From the IMG/VR virus record IMGVR_UViG_3300041409_000348, positions 39,564 to 103,563 of that record: a stretch of 64,000 nucleotides of DNA. The stretch is one strand, 5' to 3'. The stretch comes from a virus. Every line of letters starts with the position of its first letter. The first letter of the stretch is position 1. The notes beneath the pieces are model-generated. The model was not told the DNA's origin. It saw only the letters and a program-made list of their open reading frames with translations, and made no database searches. A program made the translations under genes and the position numbers. Below are positions 54,404 through 63,969 of the stretch, piece after piece.

Positions 54404-54473
54404 TGCTGTAATCCCCTTCTCCTGCGCCCCGCTCGCCCTCACGGGTGAGCGGGGCGGCTTTCCGTATGCCTGA

Positions 54474-55109
54474 TTACTTGACGGTCCAGGTGGCGACCGG
54501 GCCATCGAACCCCGCCGACCACTGAATGCTGGCGATCGTCGCGCCCGGTGCGATCTCGAACGCCACCCAGCCGGTCACCGTCGTGCCGGGGGAGACGTTG
54601 AACTGGCCGCTGTCGAAGTTGGTGCCCGCCGTGATCTGGTCGAAGCTGGGCTGGTAGTCCTGCCCGTTCGAGCCGACCGCCACCGCGTCCGCGTCCGCGT
54701 CGTCGCTGGCCTGCCCCGTCTTCCCCGTCACAGTGAACTCGGCGGCGGTGATGTGGTCTGCGCCGTTGGTGAGGGTGTCGTACTGGCCGAGGGTGGCCTG
54801 CTGCTCCACCGCGATGAGTTTCACGTCGTAGACGGTGGTCGCGCCGCTGGGGCCGTTGGGCCCGGTCACCTCGAACGTGGTGCCGATACCGCCGGTGAGC
54901 GGCTTCGCCGGGCTCGGGGACGGGGACGGGGCGGCCGTGGTGGGAGATGAAGGGCACCAGGACGGGTTCGTGCTGGACCCCGCGACACAACCGGAGGCGT
55001 TACCGGTCTTGGCGGCCGGGGCCTTGGTGACGGTGGTCCCGCACGCGGCGAGACTGACGCCGGTGATGGCTATGGCGGCGATCCCTGCGGCTGTCTTGAC
55101 GGTGATCAT
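54474..55109 (-). CDS. lipoprotein (DUF4352-like Ig fold)
   Basis: Lipobox LAAC; PGTTVTGWVAFEI. Confidence 0.78.
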   Translation of the reverse strand: MITVKTAAGIAAIAITGVSLAACGTTVTKAPAAKTGNASGCVAGSSTNPSWCPSSPTTAAPSPSPSPAKPLTGGIGTTFEVTGPNGPSGATTVYDVKLIAVEQQATLGQYDTLTNGADHITAAEFTVTGKTGQASDDADADAVAVGSNGQDYQPSFDQITAGTNFDSGQFNVSPGTTVTGWVAFEIAPGATIASIQWSAGFDGPVATWTVK

Positions 55110-55238
55110 GATCCGGTTCCCCCACGGGGTTTGTGTTGCGGTGGATTCTTGCCTACGCCCCGAACTGTATGCCCTACTGTAGCCACAGTCAAACCCTACG
55201 GTGGGGTGTACGCTAGGGGAAACGAAAGGGCTTACACC

Positions 55239-55430
55239 ATGGCACCAGAAGGGACGCCGTTTCGGCGCATCCGCATCGACGACGATCTGTGGAAGCGGCT
55301 GGACGACGCAGCGAAGCAATCCGACCCGGACTCCAACCGGTCCGCCGTCCTGCGGAAGTTCGCACGATGGTTCGTAGGAGACATCAACGAGATGCCCCAG
55401 CGGCCCGAGCCCCAGCAGGGGGAGAGGTGA
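55239..55430 (+). CDS. RHH DNA-binding protein
   Basis: TPFRRIRIDDDLWKRL...RSAVLRKFARWF. Confidence 0.78.
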   Translation: MAPEGTPFRRIRIDDDLWKRLDDAAKQSDPDSNRSAVLRKFARWFVGDINEMPQRPEPQQGER

Positions 55431-55957
55431 GCGAGCGCACGGCGGTCTACCGGCTGTATGGCGCGGGCGGCGAGTTGCTCTATGTGGGCATCAGTAAGAG
55501 CTTCGGCGCTCGCTGGGAACAGCACGCTTACATGCAGCCGTGGTGGCCCGAGGTCCAGCGGCAGACTGTGGAGTGGCACCCGGACCGGCAGCGCGCGCTT
55601 ACTGCGGAAGAAGCGGCCATTCGTTCTGAAGGCCCGCGACACAATATCCTTCACAACCCGCGCCGACCGCGGCGCACGGCGGCTAACAAACTCAAGGCGC
55701 TCACGGCCGGGCAGGCCGACACCTTGACCGGAGATGTGGCACTGCTGCACTCCTTGGCCGTCGAGAATCAGGTCGCAAACATCGACCGCGAAGCCACACG
55801 CGACGCTCTCATCGACGCCATCTGGGAAGCCTCCGACCAGGACGACATACCGCAAGTCGACATCGCCAAGGAGACCGGGTTCACACGCGAGCGCCTCCGC
55901 CAGCTGGCTCTCCCGGAATACCGCGCGGCCGAGATGAAGCGCCGGGCCGAACGATGA
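55427..55957 (+). CDS. GIY-YIG domain + C-terminal HTH protein
   Basis: AVYRLY...LLYVGIS...RWEQH...AEEAAIRSEGPRHN; IAKETGFTRERLRQ. Confidence 0.85.
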   Translation: MSERTAVYRLYGAGGELLYVGISKSFGARWEQHAYMQPWWPEVQRQTVEWHPDRQRALTAEEAAIRSEGPRHNILHNPRRPRRTAANKLKALTAGQADTLTGDVALLHSLAVENQVANIDREATRDALIDAIWEASDQDDIPQVDIAKETGFTRERLRQLALPEYRAAEMKRRAER

Positions 55958-56127
55958 GCATCGAGTACACGGTCTACTGCGACGCCTGCAGCCAGATCAT
56001 CGACGCCAGCACCAAATCCGCTGCCGTGGCGCGGAGGTCTGTCCGTGGCATGGGCGGCCGGGTGAATCTGCCCGGCGGCAAAGACCTCTGCCAGCAGTGC
56101 GCCGCAGATGGGAAGGCGCCCGAGTAA
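55954..56127 (+). CDS. zinc-ribbon micro-protein (57 aa)
   Basis: ATGA coupling; TVYCDAC...KDLCQQC. Confidence 0.6.
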   Translation: MSIEYTVYCDACSQIIDASTKSAAVARRSVRGMGGRVNLPGGKDLCQQCAADGKAPE

Positions 56128-56158
56128 CTGCGGGGGAGTGGCCGCCCGGCCCGTAATG

Positions 56159-56359
56159 TCACCGGCCGGCGCTATCATCCGTCACCGTCACCGAGATCGA
56201 CTTGATCCCGCCGAGACCCCTGGTCCGCACCACCGGCGTCACCGGGACAGCCCCGGCCGCCTCAATCGCGTCAGCGATGAACACCCCGAGCTCGGCGAGG
56301 GTCATCTTCCCGTCCGCCGCCGTAGCGGTGATCTTCCGCTCTGTAGTCACAGGCGCCAT
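56159..56359 (-). CDS. hypothetical protein
   Basis: MTLAELGVFI...VRT..GGIKSI. Confidence 0.55.
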   Translation of the reverse strand: MAPVTTERKITATAADGKMTLAELGVFIADAIEAAGAVPVTPVVRTRGLGGIKSISVTVTDDSAGR

Positions 56360-56372
56360 TGTGCCGTCCGCA

Positions 56373-56999
56373 TCAGTCCAGCCGGTAACGCCACGAGCGG
56401 GAATCGGGGAACCCGAGCAGGCGCGCGGTCCCGGCCCGCTCCGCCCGCCGCTGCCCCACGATGATCACAGCCACGAAAAAGTCAGCGACCGCCAGGTACA
56501 GCGGATACAGGACACCCGTGACCGTGATCTCCGCCGCAGCCAGCGTCAGCGTCGCCCCGGCCCCGAACAGCAGGTACACGAACCACGGCTCCTCCCGCGG
56601 CTCATCCCACGCATGCCGGATCGTCGGCAGATACGCCGCCAGGTCAGCGGCAGCAGCCACGATGACGGTCGCGGCGGGGGAGCGCACCACCATGAGCAGC
56701 ACCAGGCCGGCGGTCACCGCGGTCAGGCTCAGCACGTCCAGCCATGTCACCGTCCAGTCCCCGCGCCGCAGCGACAGCACCGTCACCGTCCCGCACGCCG
56801 CCGCGCAGATCCCCGTATAGAGGGCGCTCGGGTACTGGCCGGTGACGAACGACGCGAACGTGACCTCGGCCAGCAGCGCCGCCCACGCCCCCCACGAGAC
56901 CACCTCAGGGCGGGCGGTACCCCGCAGGGTGCACACCACGTACATGACCGAGGCGACCAGGGTCAGCAGGTCCCCGGCGCCGACCTCCGCCCAGCTCAC
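56373..56999 (-). CDS. multi-pass membrane protein
   Basis: About 7 hydrophobic segments; PTIRHAW..P.EE. Confidence 0.75.
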   Translation of the reverse strand: MSWAEVGAGDLLTLVASVMYVVCTLRGTARPEVVSWGAWAALLAEVTFASFVTGQYPSALYTGICAAACGTVTVLSLRRGDWTVTWLDVLSLTAVTAGLVLLMVVRSPAATVIVAAAADLAAYLPTIRHAWDEPREEPWFVYLLFGAGATLTLAAAEITVTGVLYPLYLAVADFFVAVIIVGQRRAERAGTARLLGFPDSRSWRYRLD

Positions 57000-57478
57000 G
57001 CCATCGCCAGCAGCGACTCGGCGTGCCCGTCACCCCAGTCCACCACCCGGCACCCCGGATCGGTGCGCGCCCGCGCCACCAGCCACATCTCCAGCAGCCG
57101 CCCCGGCCGGTACTCCCGGAAACCCGGGACCATCTGCCCGGCCAGCACCCGGATCCCATCCGCGTCATAGCTGAACAGGTCCCAGGCGGCCAGGTCACCG
57201 CCGATCCGCAGCACCGCCAGCGCCCCAGCGGAGTAGAACAGGCGGTGGAACTCGTGCAGCTGGACCGGCCGGCCCGTCTCCACGTTGCGAGCCACGTAGG
57301 CGCGGGCCACCTCAGCCATGTACGGGCGCATCGCCTGCTGCCCCCGGTAAACCAGCGCCACCGCCCGCACACGGTCCCGGCTCAGGGCCCTCGCAGCCTT
57401 GCCGAGGTTGCGCTGCAAATCCCCGGACAAGGCCGGCAGACGGTCACCGACCTGCGTATATCGCTCCCCAGTGCTCAC
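56996..57478 (-). CDS. GNAT-like (Acetyltransf_6) protein
   Basis: LRIGGDLAA...FREYRPGRLL...VDWGDG. Confidence 0.6.
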   Translation of the reverse strand: MSTGERYTQVGDRLPALSGDLQRNLGKAARALSRDRVRAVALVYRGQQAMRPYMAEVARAYVARNVETGRPVQLHEFHRLFYSAGALAVLRIGGDLAAWDLFSYDADGIRVLAGQMVPGFREYRPGRLLEMWLVARARTDPGCRVVDWGDGHAESLLAMA

Positions 57479-57533
57479 AGCACACCAATGTAACCCCGCC
57501 GTGCCATGCGTGCCAGGTGTGCTAACCCGTTCC

Positions 57534-57764
57534 CTATGCCGCCGCGCGGGTCAGGGACGCCAGCAGACGGCCATACGCCAGGGCATGCGCAGCGGACGGG
57601 CGACGCGTCCCCGCCTCCCACATCGACACCGCCTGATGCGAGACGTGCAGCGCCGCGGCGAACTCGGCGAGGCTCACATCCGCGGCCGACCGTGCCGTCC
57701 TGGCCCGACCCGCAGACAGGTCCGCGCGGATCTGGGCCACCTGGGCTAGGTCGACGGGGCGCAC
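57534..57764 (-). CDS. XRE-family HTH regulator, leaderless
   Basis: VSLAEFAAALHVSHQAVSMWEAGTRRP; TATCCT-N6-GTG. Confidence 0.85.
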   Translation of the reverse strand: MRPVDLAQVAQIRADLSAGRARTARSAADVSLAEFAAALHVSHQAVSMWEAGTRRPSAAHALAYGRLLASLTRAAA

Positions 57765-57877
57765 CCTTCAAGGATAAGGCGGCCGGGCGGTCTGCAAGTG
57801 GTCGGCGACACACCGCCAACAGCCCGGCCACCGGGACGCAACTACCGAGTTACATGGTCCGGCGTGGCGTTCAGGAG

Positions 57878-57905
57878 ATACACCATAATGACTGTTATGG
57901 TGTAT
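57878..57905. other. dif-like tyrosine recombinase site (11-6-11)
   Basis: ATACACCATAA-TGACTG-TTATGGTGTAT perfect inverted repeat upstream of the recombinase operon. Confidence 0.8.
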
Positions 57906-57969
57906 GTATGCCCGGTAGGGTCATCCCTACCGGGCCAGCCGTTCGTATCGACCAGACCGAAGGAACAAG

Positions 57970-58227
57970 ATGGGTCAGCTAACCGATCAGAACAACGAGC
58001 CAGTGACCGATGCAGACCGGGAAGCGGCTGCGCGGCGCGCGGCGGACACCGACCTGGATCACTACATCGTCGTCCCGGCTAGCCCGTGGGGTGGGCAGCG
58101 GGCAACGTTCGGGCCAATGACCGAAGGTGCGGCCCGCGCCAAGCTGGACAAGTTCATGCCCCTGTACATGCCTGAGTGCCCGCCGAAGCTGCTGCGCCTC
58201 GTAGAGGACTACGAGGACGGCCAATGA
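57970..58227 (+). CDS. hypothetical protein
   Basis: SD AAGGA; ATGA coupling to recombinase. Confidence 0.6.
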   Translation: MGQLTDQNNEPVTDADREAAARRAADTDLDHYIVVPASPWGGQRATFGPMTEGAARAKLDKFMPLYMPECPPKLLRLVEDYEDGQ

Positions 58228-59189
58228 CCGACCTCGCGGCGACCACGCCGCTCGACGGCCGGATCATCACCCCGCAGATGGAACTCACCGCCCGGCTCAC
58301 TGCCGAGTGGTACGGGACTCTCGGCGAAGGCAACACCGCCGCCGCCTACGCGAACGACCTGAACCTGTGGCGCACCTGGTGCGAGGCGAACAGCATCGAC
58401 CCGCTCACCGCACGCAAGACCGACACCGGAAAATGGATCCGCGACCAGCAGGCCCGCGGATTCGCCAAACGGACCATCGCACGCCGCGTCTCAGCGGTCT
58501 CCGCCTGGTATGAGTTCCTCCACGAGGAAACCGCCAACTCCCCTGTCGTTCTGGCCGCCGAGAACCCGGCACACACCCGGAAACGCCCAAAGGTCGCTAG
58601 GGACGACTCACCGACGCTCGGCCTGAGCAAAGCCCACGCCCGTCAGCTCATCCTCGCGGCCGACGCCGACAGCCTCCGCAGCGGTGCGCTGATGCGCTTC
58701 CTGCTCGGCAACGGCCTGCGGGTCGGGACCGTCGTCAGCGCCCGCATCGAGGACATCGCCGAAGACGACGGGCATCATGTGATCTTCCTGCGCGGCAAGG
58801 GCGACGTCCGCCGCAAGGCACCCATCCCCCCGCCCGGCTACAACGCGATCACGAAGATGCTCGCCGAACGCGGCCACCCTGCGGAGGGCCCGCTATTCGC
58901 TACCTCGACCGGGCGGCCGGTCGACCGCCATTACATCTTCCGTCTCGTCCGCCGCCTATCCGTCCGGGCAGAGATCCCGTCCGCAGCGCACCTGTCCCCC
59001 CATTCGCTGCGTCACTCGTTCGCCACCGAAGCGCTCAAGCGCGGCGTGTCCCTGCACCAGCTCCAGGACGACATGTGGCACGCCGACTCACGGACGACCG
59101 AGATTTACAACCGGGCCCGGAACCGGCTCGACAAGAGCGCCGCCTATGTGGTGGCCGGCGAGTTCGAGCCGGTGACTGATGACGAGTGA
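58224..59189 (+). CDS. tyrosine recombinase (XerC/D-like)
   Basis: GLRV, GKG, PHSLRHSFAT, WHAD..TTEIY catalytic residues; SAM-like N-domain. Confidence 0.93.
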   Translation: MTDLAATTPLDGRIITPQMELTARLTAEWYGTLGEGNTAAAYANDLNLWRTWCEANSIDPLTARKTDTGKWIRDQQARGFAKRTIARRVSAVSAWYEFLHEETANSPVVLAAENPAHTRKRPKVARDDSPTLGLSKAHARQLILAADADSLRSGALMRFLLGNGLRVGTVVSARIEDIAEDDGHHVIFLRGKGDVRRKAPIPPPGYNAITKMLAERGHPAEGPLFATSTGRPVDRHYIFRLVRRLSVRAEIPSAAHLSPHSLRHSFATEALKRGVSLHQLQDDMWHADSRTTEIYNRARNRLDKSAAYVVAGEFEPVTDDE

Positions 59190-59616
59190 GCCGCACGATT
59201 TCAGCCCGGCGTGCTGGTCCTGGCCGCCACCGACGGACGCCGACCGGGAGCGTGTCCGCACGCTGTACAAGTCAGCTATCGACCAGCTCGGGGACGGCAT
59301 ACTGCCCGCCCTGGTGATGTCCGACTGGCAGCAGGAACGCTGCGCGGTATGCGGCGGGCAGGGTGCCCCCGTGGAGGACCACGACCACGGCACTGGCCTT
59401 GTCCGTGGCTACCTCTGCCGCGGCTGCAACGTGGCCGAGGGGATGAACCGTTACGCCGGGCGCGTGTGGCGGGAGTACCGGGAACGCAACCCCGCGTCCA
59501 TCTGCGGCGTGGTCGAGCGGTACTGGGATCCGCTCACGAAGGAGTTCGCCGAGCCAGCCGAGCCGCTCTCGGCTGACCGCTGGAAGAACCACCCGATGCG
59601 CGGCGTCGGCCTGTGA
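59179..59616 (+). CDS. endonuclease VII domain protein
   Basis: CAVCG...EDHDHGTGLVRGYLCRGCN. Confidence 0.85.
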   Translation: MTSEPHDFSPACWSWPPPTDADRERVRTLYKSAIDQLGDGILPALVMSDWQQERCAVCGGQGAPVEDHDHGTGLVRGYLCRGCNVAEGMNRYAGRVWREYRERNPASICGVVERYWDPLTKEFAEPAEPLSADRWKNHPMRGVGL

Positions 59617-59626
59617 GTGCGGCTAG

Positions 59627-59806
59627 CTACGGCTGACGGTACGGGCACGGCCTGACGAGGTGCAGCAGCCCGAGTACCGGATCCCCGGTGTAGTCCCCGC
59701 ACCGGCTGCAGTAGCCGAACGTGCAGTCTTCGGCATGCACCGAGAGCGTTCCGCAGCACGGGCAGGTGAAACAGCGCTGGCCCGTGTGGTGGCCGGTCAC
59801 TGGCAT
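59627..59806 (-). CDS. zinc-ribbon micro-protein
   Basis: FTCPCCG...GYCSRC. Confidence 0.55.
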   Translation of the reverse strand: MPVTGHHTGQRCFTCPCCGTLSVHAEDCTFGYCSRCGDYTGDPVLGLLHLVRPCPYRQP

Positions 59807-60076
59807 CCCCCCAGCATCCCCAGTCACTGTGTGTGGCGATCAGGGGACTTTGTGTTTCAGGAAGATGCTACGCCGGGTATGACCAGGTTGCTCAGGTTGC
59901 GGTGGCAGTCCTCCCCCCGGCTGCCACACCCTGCAAGTGCCGGTCTCCCGGGATCTCCCCCTGTCACTCTCCCGGGGGACCGGCCCCCCTCACGTGCTGC
60001 GGTCCCCCGGGAGAATGCGAACCCGCTCCCCGGCCCGCAGCGAGGTTGAGAGGCCGGGGAGCGGGAGCCTTGGGTG

Positions 60077-60751
60077 TCAGCCGGTGATGTTCCCGGCCGC
60101 GGGAACCTGCCCGCCGTTGTTAGAGATGCCGTCGTCCCACCGCTGGGTCTGCGTGGCCCGGTAGGGGACGGTCACGTGGACCTTGTGCCCATGCCGGTGC
60201 ACCGTCACGGTGCGGTATTTCGTCACCGTGACCTTCGCGGCGTAGGCCCAGTTCCAGTTGCCGATCCCCGCGCCGCCGAATGTGGTGCCGGCCGGGAACG
60301 CCTGCTCGAACCAGTCGCTGGTGCCCTGCGGGCCCGTGGACGGGTCGCCGTTCTCGTGGGACGGCACCAGGCGCGCGTTCGGCTCGGTGCTGGCGGTGAA
60401 ACTGTAGGACGCGGCACCGTTCACCTGGCCGCTGACCCGGCCGCGGATGTGCTTACCCGCGTCGGTGCCGCCCTGGTTCGGGGTGAACGCACCGCGGATG
60501 GTGGTGAACGAGCCGGTGTCCCGGACGGCCGCGGTGAACGTGTGCGGCCCCGTCTGGGTGATGGTCAGGGCGCGGTCCATGCGGTCCAGGGCCCAGTCCC
60601 CGTTGCCGCCGCTGTCGGGCCGGTTAGTGAGAAGCGTGGAGGCGCGGACAGCGTGCGGGTGCGGGGATGCGCTCGCGGCGGCGGGGAACGCCACGATGGC
60701 GGCTCCCGTGGCAGCTGCGGCGATGGTGGTGAGAACGGGGCTGGTCTTCAT
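60077..60751 (-). CDS. secreted protein
   Basis: Signal peptide ending ASA; NRPDSGGNGDWALD. Confidence 0.75.
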   Translation of the reverse strand: MKTSPVLTTIAAAATGAAIVAFPAAASASPHPHAVRASTLLTNRPDSGGNGDWALDRMDRALTITQTGPHTFTAAVRDTGSFTTIRGAFTPNQGGTDAGKHIRGRVSGQVNGAASYSFTASTEPNARLVPSHENGDPSTGPQGTSDWFEQAFPAGTTFGGAGIGNWNWAYAAKVTVTKYRTVTVHRHGHKVHVTVPYRATQTQRWDDGISNNGGQVPAAGNITG

Positions 60752-60863
60752 AGGGGGCACCTTTGCCTGTCGGATCGGTTTGTCACATGAGCCCGCCCCC
60801 CGGGCCCTGGGGAGGAACCCGGCCAGGATCCAGGCCCGGGAGGCGGGAGCTTTCAGGCGGCGG

Positions 60864-61577
60864 CTAGTTCTGGGTGTCCCAGATCTGGTTGGTCGGCACC
60901 TGGTAGTTCTGGGTGATGGTGGCGTGCTCCACGTCCTGCTGCACCAGCGAGCCGGTCAGGGCATCGCCGGGGTCGGTGGCCACGAGCGGGTCGTTCGTGT
61001 TCACCGTCTGGCCGACGTTGATCAGCACGTACTTCCCGCCGCCGAAGATGACGGACGAGTGGGTGCCCAGCTCCGGGGTGTTGCTGCTGCTGACGGGGAG
61101 GACGATCCACTCCTGCCAGACGGAGTTGGGGTTGTCCGCGCGGAGCGCCATCTTCGTCGCGGTGGACGCGGCGGGGCCGTCGAGCCCGACGTACGTGTTC
61201 GCCCCGCCGTTGCCGAACGGGTCGTACTTGAACCGGACCACATCGTCGCCCTTGTAGGCCGACCAGTTCAGGCCCGACTGGTTGACCTTGCCGTGGCTGC
61301 TGACCGTCCCCGCCGGGACGATGAGCAGGTCCGCGCCCGGGTCGGTGGTCGACGACTTCTCGTACCACAGGCCGATCGGGCTGTTCACCGCCGTGGCCTG
61401 GTGGAGGGCGTCGAGAGCGCCGCGGAAGGCGTAGTCGTTCTGGATGTGGTAGCAGGCGTTGCAGGTCTGGGTGCTGACCGGAGCTGCGCTGGCGGCCCCC
61501 GCGCCAGCGAGCCCCATCCCGCCGGCGAGCAGCGCGGCGGACCCCGCTGCTGCGGCGATCTTTGCCTTAAAAGACAT
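60864..61577 (-). CDS. secreted protein, possible beta-trefoil lectin
   Basis: SD AAGGAG; signal peptide; QEW and NQIW (QxW) motifs. Confidence 0.7.
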   Translation of the reverse strand: MSFKAKIAAAAGSAALLAGGMGLAGAGAASAAPVSTQTCNACYHIQNDYAFRGALDALHQATAVNSPIGLWYEKSSTTDPGADLLIVPAGTVSSHGKVNQSGLNWSAYKGDDVVRFKYDPFGNGGANTYVGLDGPAASTATKMALRADNPNSVWQEWIVLPVSSSNTPELGTHSSVIFGGGKYVLINVGQTVNTNDPLVATDPGDALTGSLVQQDVEHATITQNYQVPTNQIWDTQN

Positions 61578-61711
61578 TGTTCTCCTTGTTCGGATGATCC
61601 CAGCCGCTGATGCCGGTGGTATCGGCTGGGCGGGGAAACGGGCCCCCGGCACATGCCAGCGGCCTCACGACGCTGGCATGTGCCCGTGGCCCGTCCTCGG
61701 TGGTGGTTCGT

Positions 61712-62077
61712 TCACCGCACCCCGCCGGGGACAGGCCGGAGCACCGGGCGGGGCTGGGCGGCTTCCCTGGTGCGGCGCACGAGGGCGTCACGCAGGGCCT
61801 TGGACTTCGCGCCGAGAGCGTCCAGGGCGCGCTTGCGGCGCTTGCGGTTGCGCCACCACAGCCATGCCAGGACCGCGGCGAGGGTGAAGCTCAGGATCGA
61901 CCACGGCCATGAGCCGTCGAGGATGTCCCCGGTCCCGATGACCGCATTGCCGATGATCAGGACGCCGAGAACAGAACGGCCCGGCCGTCCTCGCCAGATG
62001 TCTGTCATCTGTATGCCCACCGCGACGAGGATGGAGAGCAGCCCGGAAGTGGACAGGGCCACACCCGCGACAATCAC
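61712..62077 (-). CDS. membrane protein
   Basis: SD GGAGG; 3 TM then basic tail. Confidence 0.6.
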   Translation of the reverse strand: MIVAGVALSTSGLLSILVAVGIQMTDIWRGRPGRSVLGVLIIGNAVIGTGDILDGSWPWSILSFTLAAVLAWLWWRNRKRRKRALDALGAKSKALRDALVRRTREAAQPRPVLRPVPGGVR

Positions 62078-62090
62078 GCCGCCTCCGAGG

Positions 62091-62279
62091 TCACAGGCGG
62101 ACCGTCCGGCCCAGGGCGCTGATGCCGCCGGGCTGGGTGATGAGCTTGATCGCCTGCCGGGTTTCCCGCTCGAACCTGCGGCGGCGTGCCCACCTGGCCA
62201 CCCGGTGGGCCACCGTGGGACCGGCCGCCGCCGCCAGCATCGCCGCGGGCAGCGCTATCACGAACACCGTGCCTGCCAC
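62091..62279 (-). CDS. small membrane protein
   Basis: SD GGAG; single TM. Confidence 0.5.
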   Translation of the reverse strand: MAGTVFVIALPAAMLAAAAGPTVAHRVARWARRRRFERETRQAIKLITQPGGISALGRTVRL

Positions 62280-62436
62280 TAGCTCCGCTCCCCCATCATC
62301 GTGCTTCCCTCCCCAGGGCTGTCCGTGTGACGCTGCGGTATACCGTAGCGGCGGACAGTGACTCTTGTGGCTCTGCGTAAGAGACGCGCAGCATTCTGTC
62401 AGGGTTTACCGCTGTTGCGGGACCGTTACCCGGCCG

Positions 62437-62673
62437 TTACGGAACGGGCGCGGGGTCGCTGGCCGGGGGGAACCCCTTCAGCATCAGGACATTCGCGACG
62501 AGATCCAGCACCAGCCGCGCCGTCTCATCCGGGTACTGGGTCAGCAGCGGCGAACCGAGCGTCCCGTCGACCGTGGAGACGCGGAGACGGCGCCGCAGGG
62601 CCCGCTCGAGCTGCCCGGGTGGCAGCGCGGCCAGTGCGGGCGCGAGATCCGGTGCGGCGGTCACGATCCCCAT
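62437..62673 (-). CDS. hypothetical protein
   Basis: Overlaps end of upstream gene. Confidence 0.45.
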   Translation of the reverse strand: MGIVTAAPDLAPALAALPPGQLERALRRRLRVSTVDGTLGSPLLTQYPDETARLVLDLVANVLMLKGFPPASDPAPVP

Positions 62674-63110
62674 TGTGACCAGTAGCTGTACCGCTTGACG
62701 GGAATCCCCGCCTCTTCGGCGATTCGCGCGCAGTGCTCGGTCCCGTGGGAATCGTGGGTGCCGGGGGTGCGGCAGTCCTGCTTGGTGCACGGCCGCACGA
62801 ACGCCGCCCACTCGTCGGCGCCGCTGGCCACCATCTCGGCGTTCCGGATGAAGCCGCCTTGTTTCCCGTGCCGGGACCAGTCCGCGGGGTGGCGTTCGAT
62901 CCGGCCCGCCGCGGCGGCCTCGTCAGCGTTCCGGTAGCCGGCCAGTGCCGCCCATTCCCGTTCGGCGAGCATGCCGGCGCCTCCGCTGGCGTGCCCGGAG
63001 ATCAGTACCGCGTCCGGGTGGGCGGCCAGGACACCCCTGGCCCAGTCGCGGATGATTCCGGGCCGGTACCAGTCGCGGGAGCCGGTGACACCGGCGCGGT
63101 ACGGGCTCAT
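62661..63110 (-). CDS. DUF2493 / SLOG-family protein
   Basis: VTGSRDW...ISGHASGG...HPADW..HGK.GGFIRN.EM...SHGT. Confidence 0.82.
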   Translation of the reverse strand: MSPYRAGVTGSRDWYRPGIIRDWARGVLAAHPDAVLISGHASGGAGMLAEREWAALAGYRNADEAAAAGRIERHPADWSRHGKQGGFIRNAEMVASGADEWAAFVRPCTKQDCRTPGTHDSHGTEHCARIAEEAGIPVKRYSYWSQWGS

Positions 63111-63370
63111 GGCGGGGTTCTCCGTTCACGGGGGACGCGGGGGCCGGGGTACAGAACCGGCAGGCTCCCCCAGGCCCCCGCGCGTCTCAGATGGTGGTGA
63201 GGGGTCAGCCCCAGGTGTCGTTGCGCACGGCGGTGTCCTTCCTGCCGGGGAACAGGAAACGCACCCCCCGCGGTCATGGTAAACCGGCCGTGCTAGGTCT
63301 GCTAGGTGTGCCACGCGGGATAGGTAAGTCACTCATTGCAACCGGTACGGGAGTGGCTAGCGTGTGCGGC

Positions 63371-63625
63371 ATGAACCGGCTGACCGTCGACCCGCACGGC
63401 ACCGAACCGAGTTACCGGCAGCTCGCCGGGCAACTGCGGGAACGGATCACGTCCGGGCAGATACCGCCCCGCGGCCCGCTCCCGTCGATCACGGAACTGG
63501 CGGAAGAGACCGGGCTCGCGCGGGGCACCGTCAGGAAAGCGCTTAGTGTCCTCGCGGACGAGGGGCTGATCTACGCCATCCCCGGTCGCGGCACCTTTGC
63601 CGGGCCGCGCGGTGGTGGAAGCTAG
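63371..63625 (+). CDS. GntR-family winged-helix regulator, leaderless
   Basis: YRQLA..LRERI..G...LPS..ELA...G..RGTVRKAL..L..EGLI...GRGTF; TTGCAA-N16-TAGCGT-N7-ATG. Confidence 0.9.
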   Translation: MNRLTVDPHGTEPSYRQLAGQLRERITSGQIPPRGPLPSITELAEETGLARGTVRKALSVLADEGLIYAIPGRGTFAGPRGGGS

Positions 63626-63969
63626 CGGGGGCCGAGCGGGTCGGCGTCCCACAGGAGAACGGCCAGGGCGGCGATGTCGCCGGAGGTGACAGCGGCGAAG
63701 CCTCCGCGTGTCATCTGCCAGCGGAGCCGGGCCCGCCGCAGCACCCCAGCGCCGGGCTTGGCGATGACCGCCTCTATCTCACCGTCAGCGGACTCCCGGA
63801 CAGTGAAGGCGGGCACCTCGTGACGGACCCGTGGCTCAAGGGGGAAGGCGGTGAACTGGTGGATGGGGATGTGCCTCGTCCCGGTTTCCGCTCGCACGTC
63901 GTCTTCGTAGACCTGGACGATGTGGACCGCCCTCAGGCCGAGGATGCTGTTGATGATCCGGGAGAACAC
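63622..63969 (-). CDS. hypothetical protein (may extend beyond window)
   Basis: ORF at window edge. Confidence 0.45.
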   Translation of the reverse strand: MFSRIINSILGLRAVHIVQVYEDDVRAETGTRHIPIHQFTAFPLEPRVRHEVPAFTVRESADGEIEAVIAKPGAGVLRRARLRWQMTRGGFAAVTSGDIAALAVLLWDADPLGPR

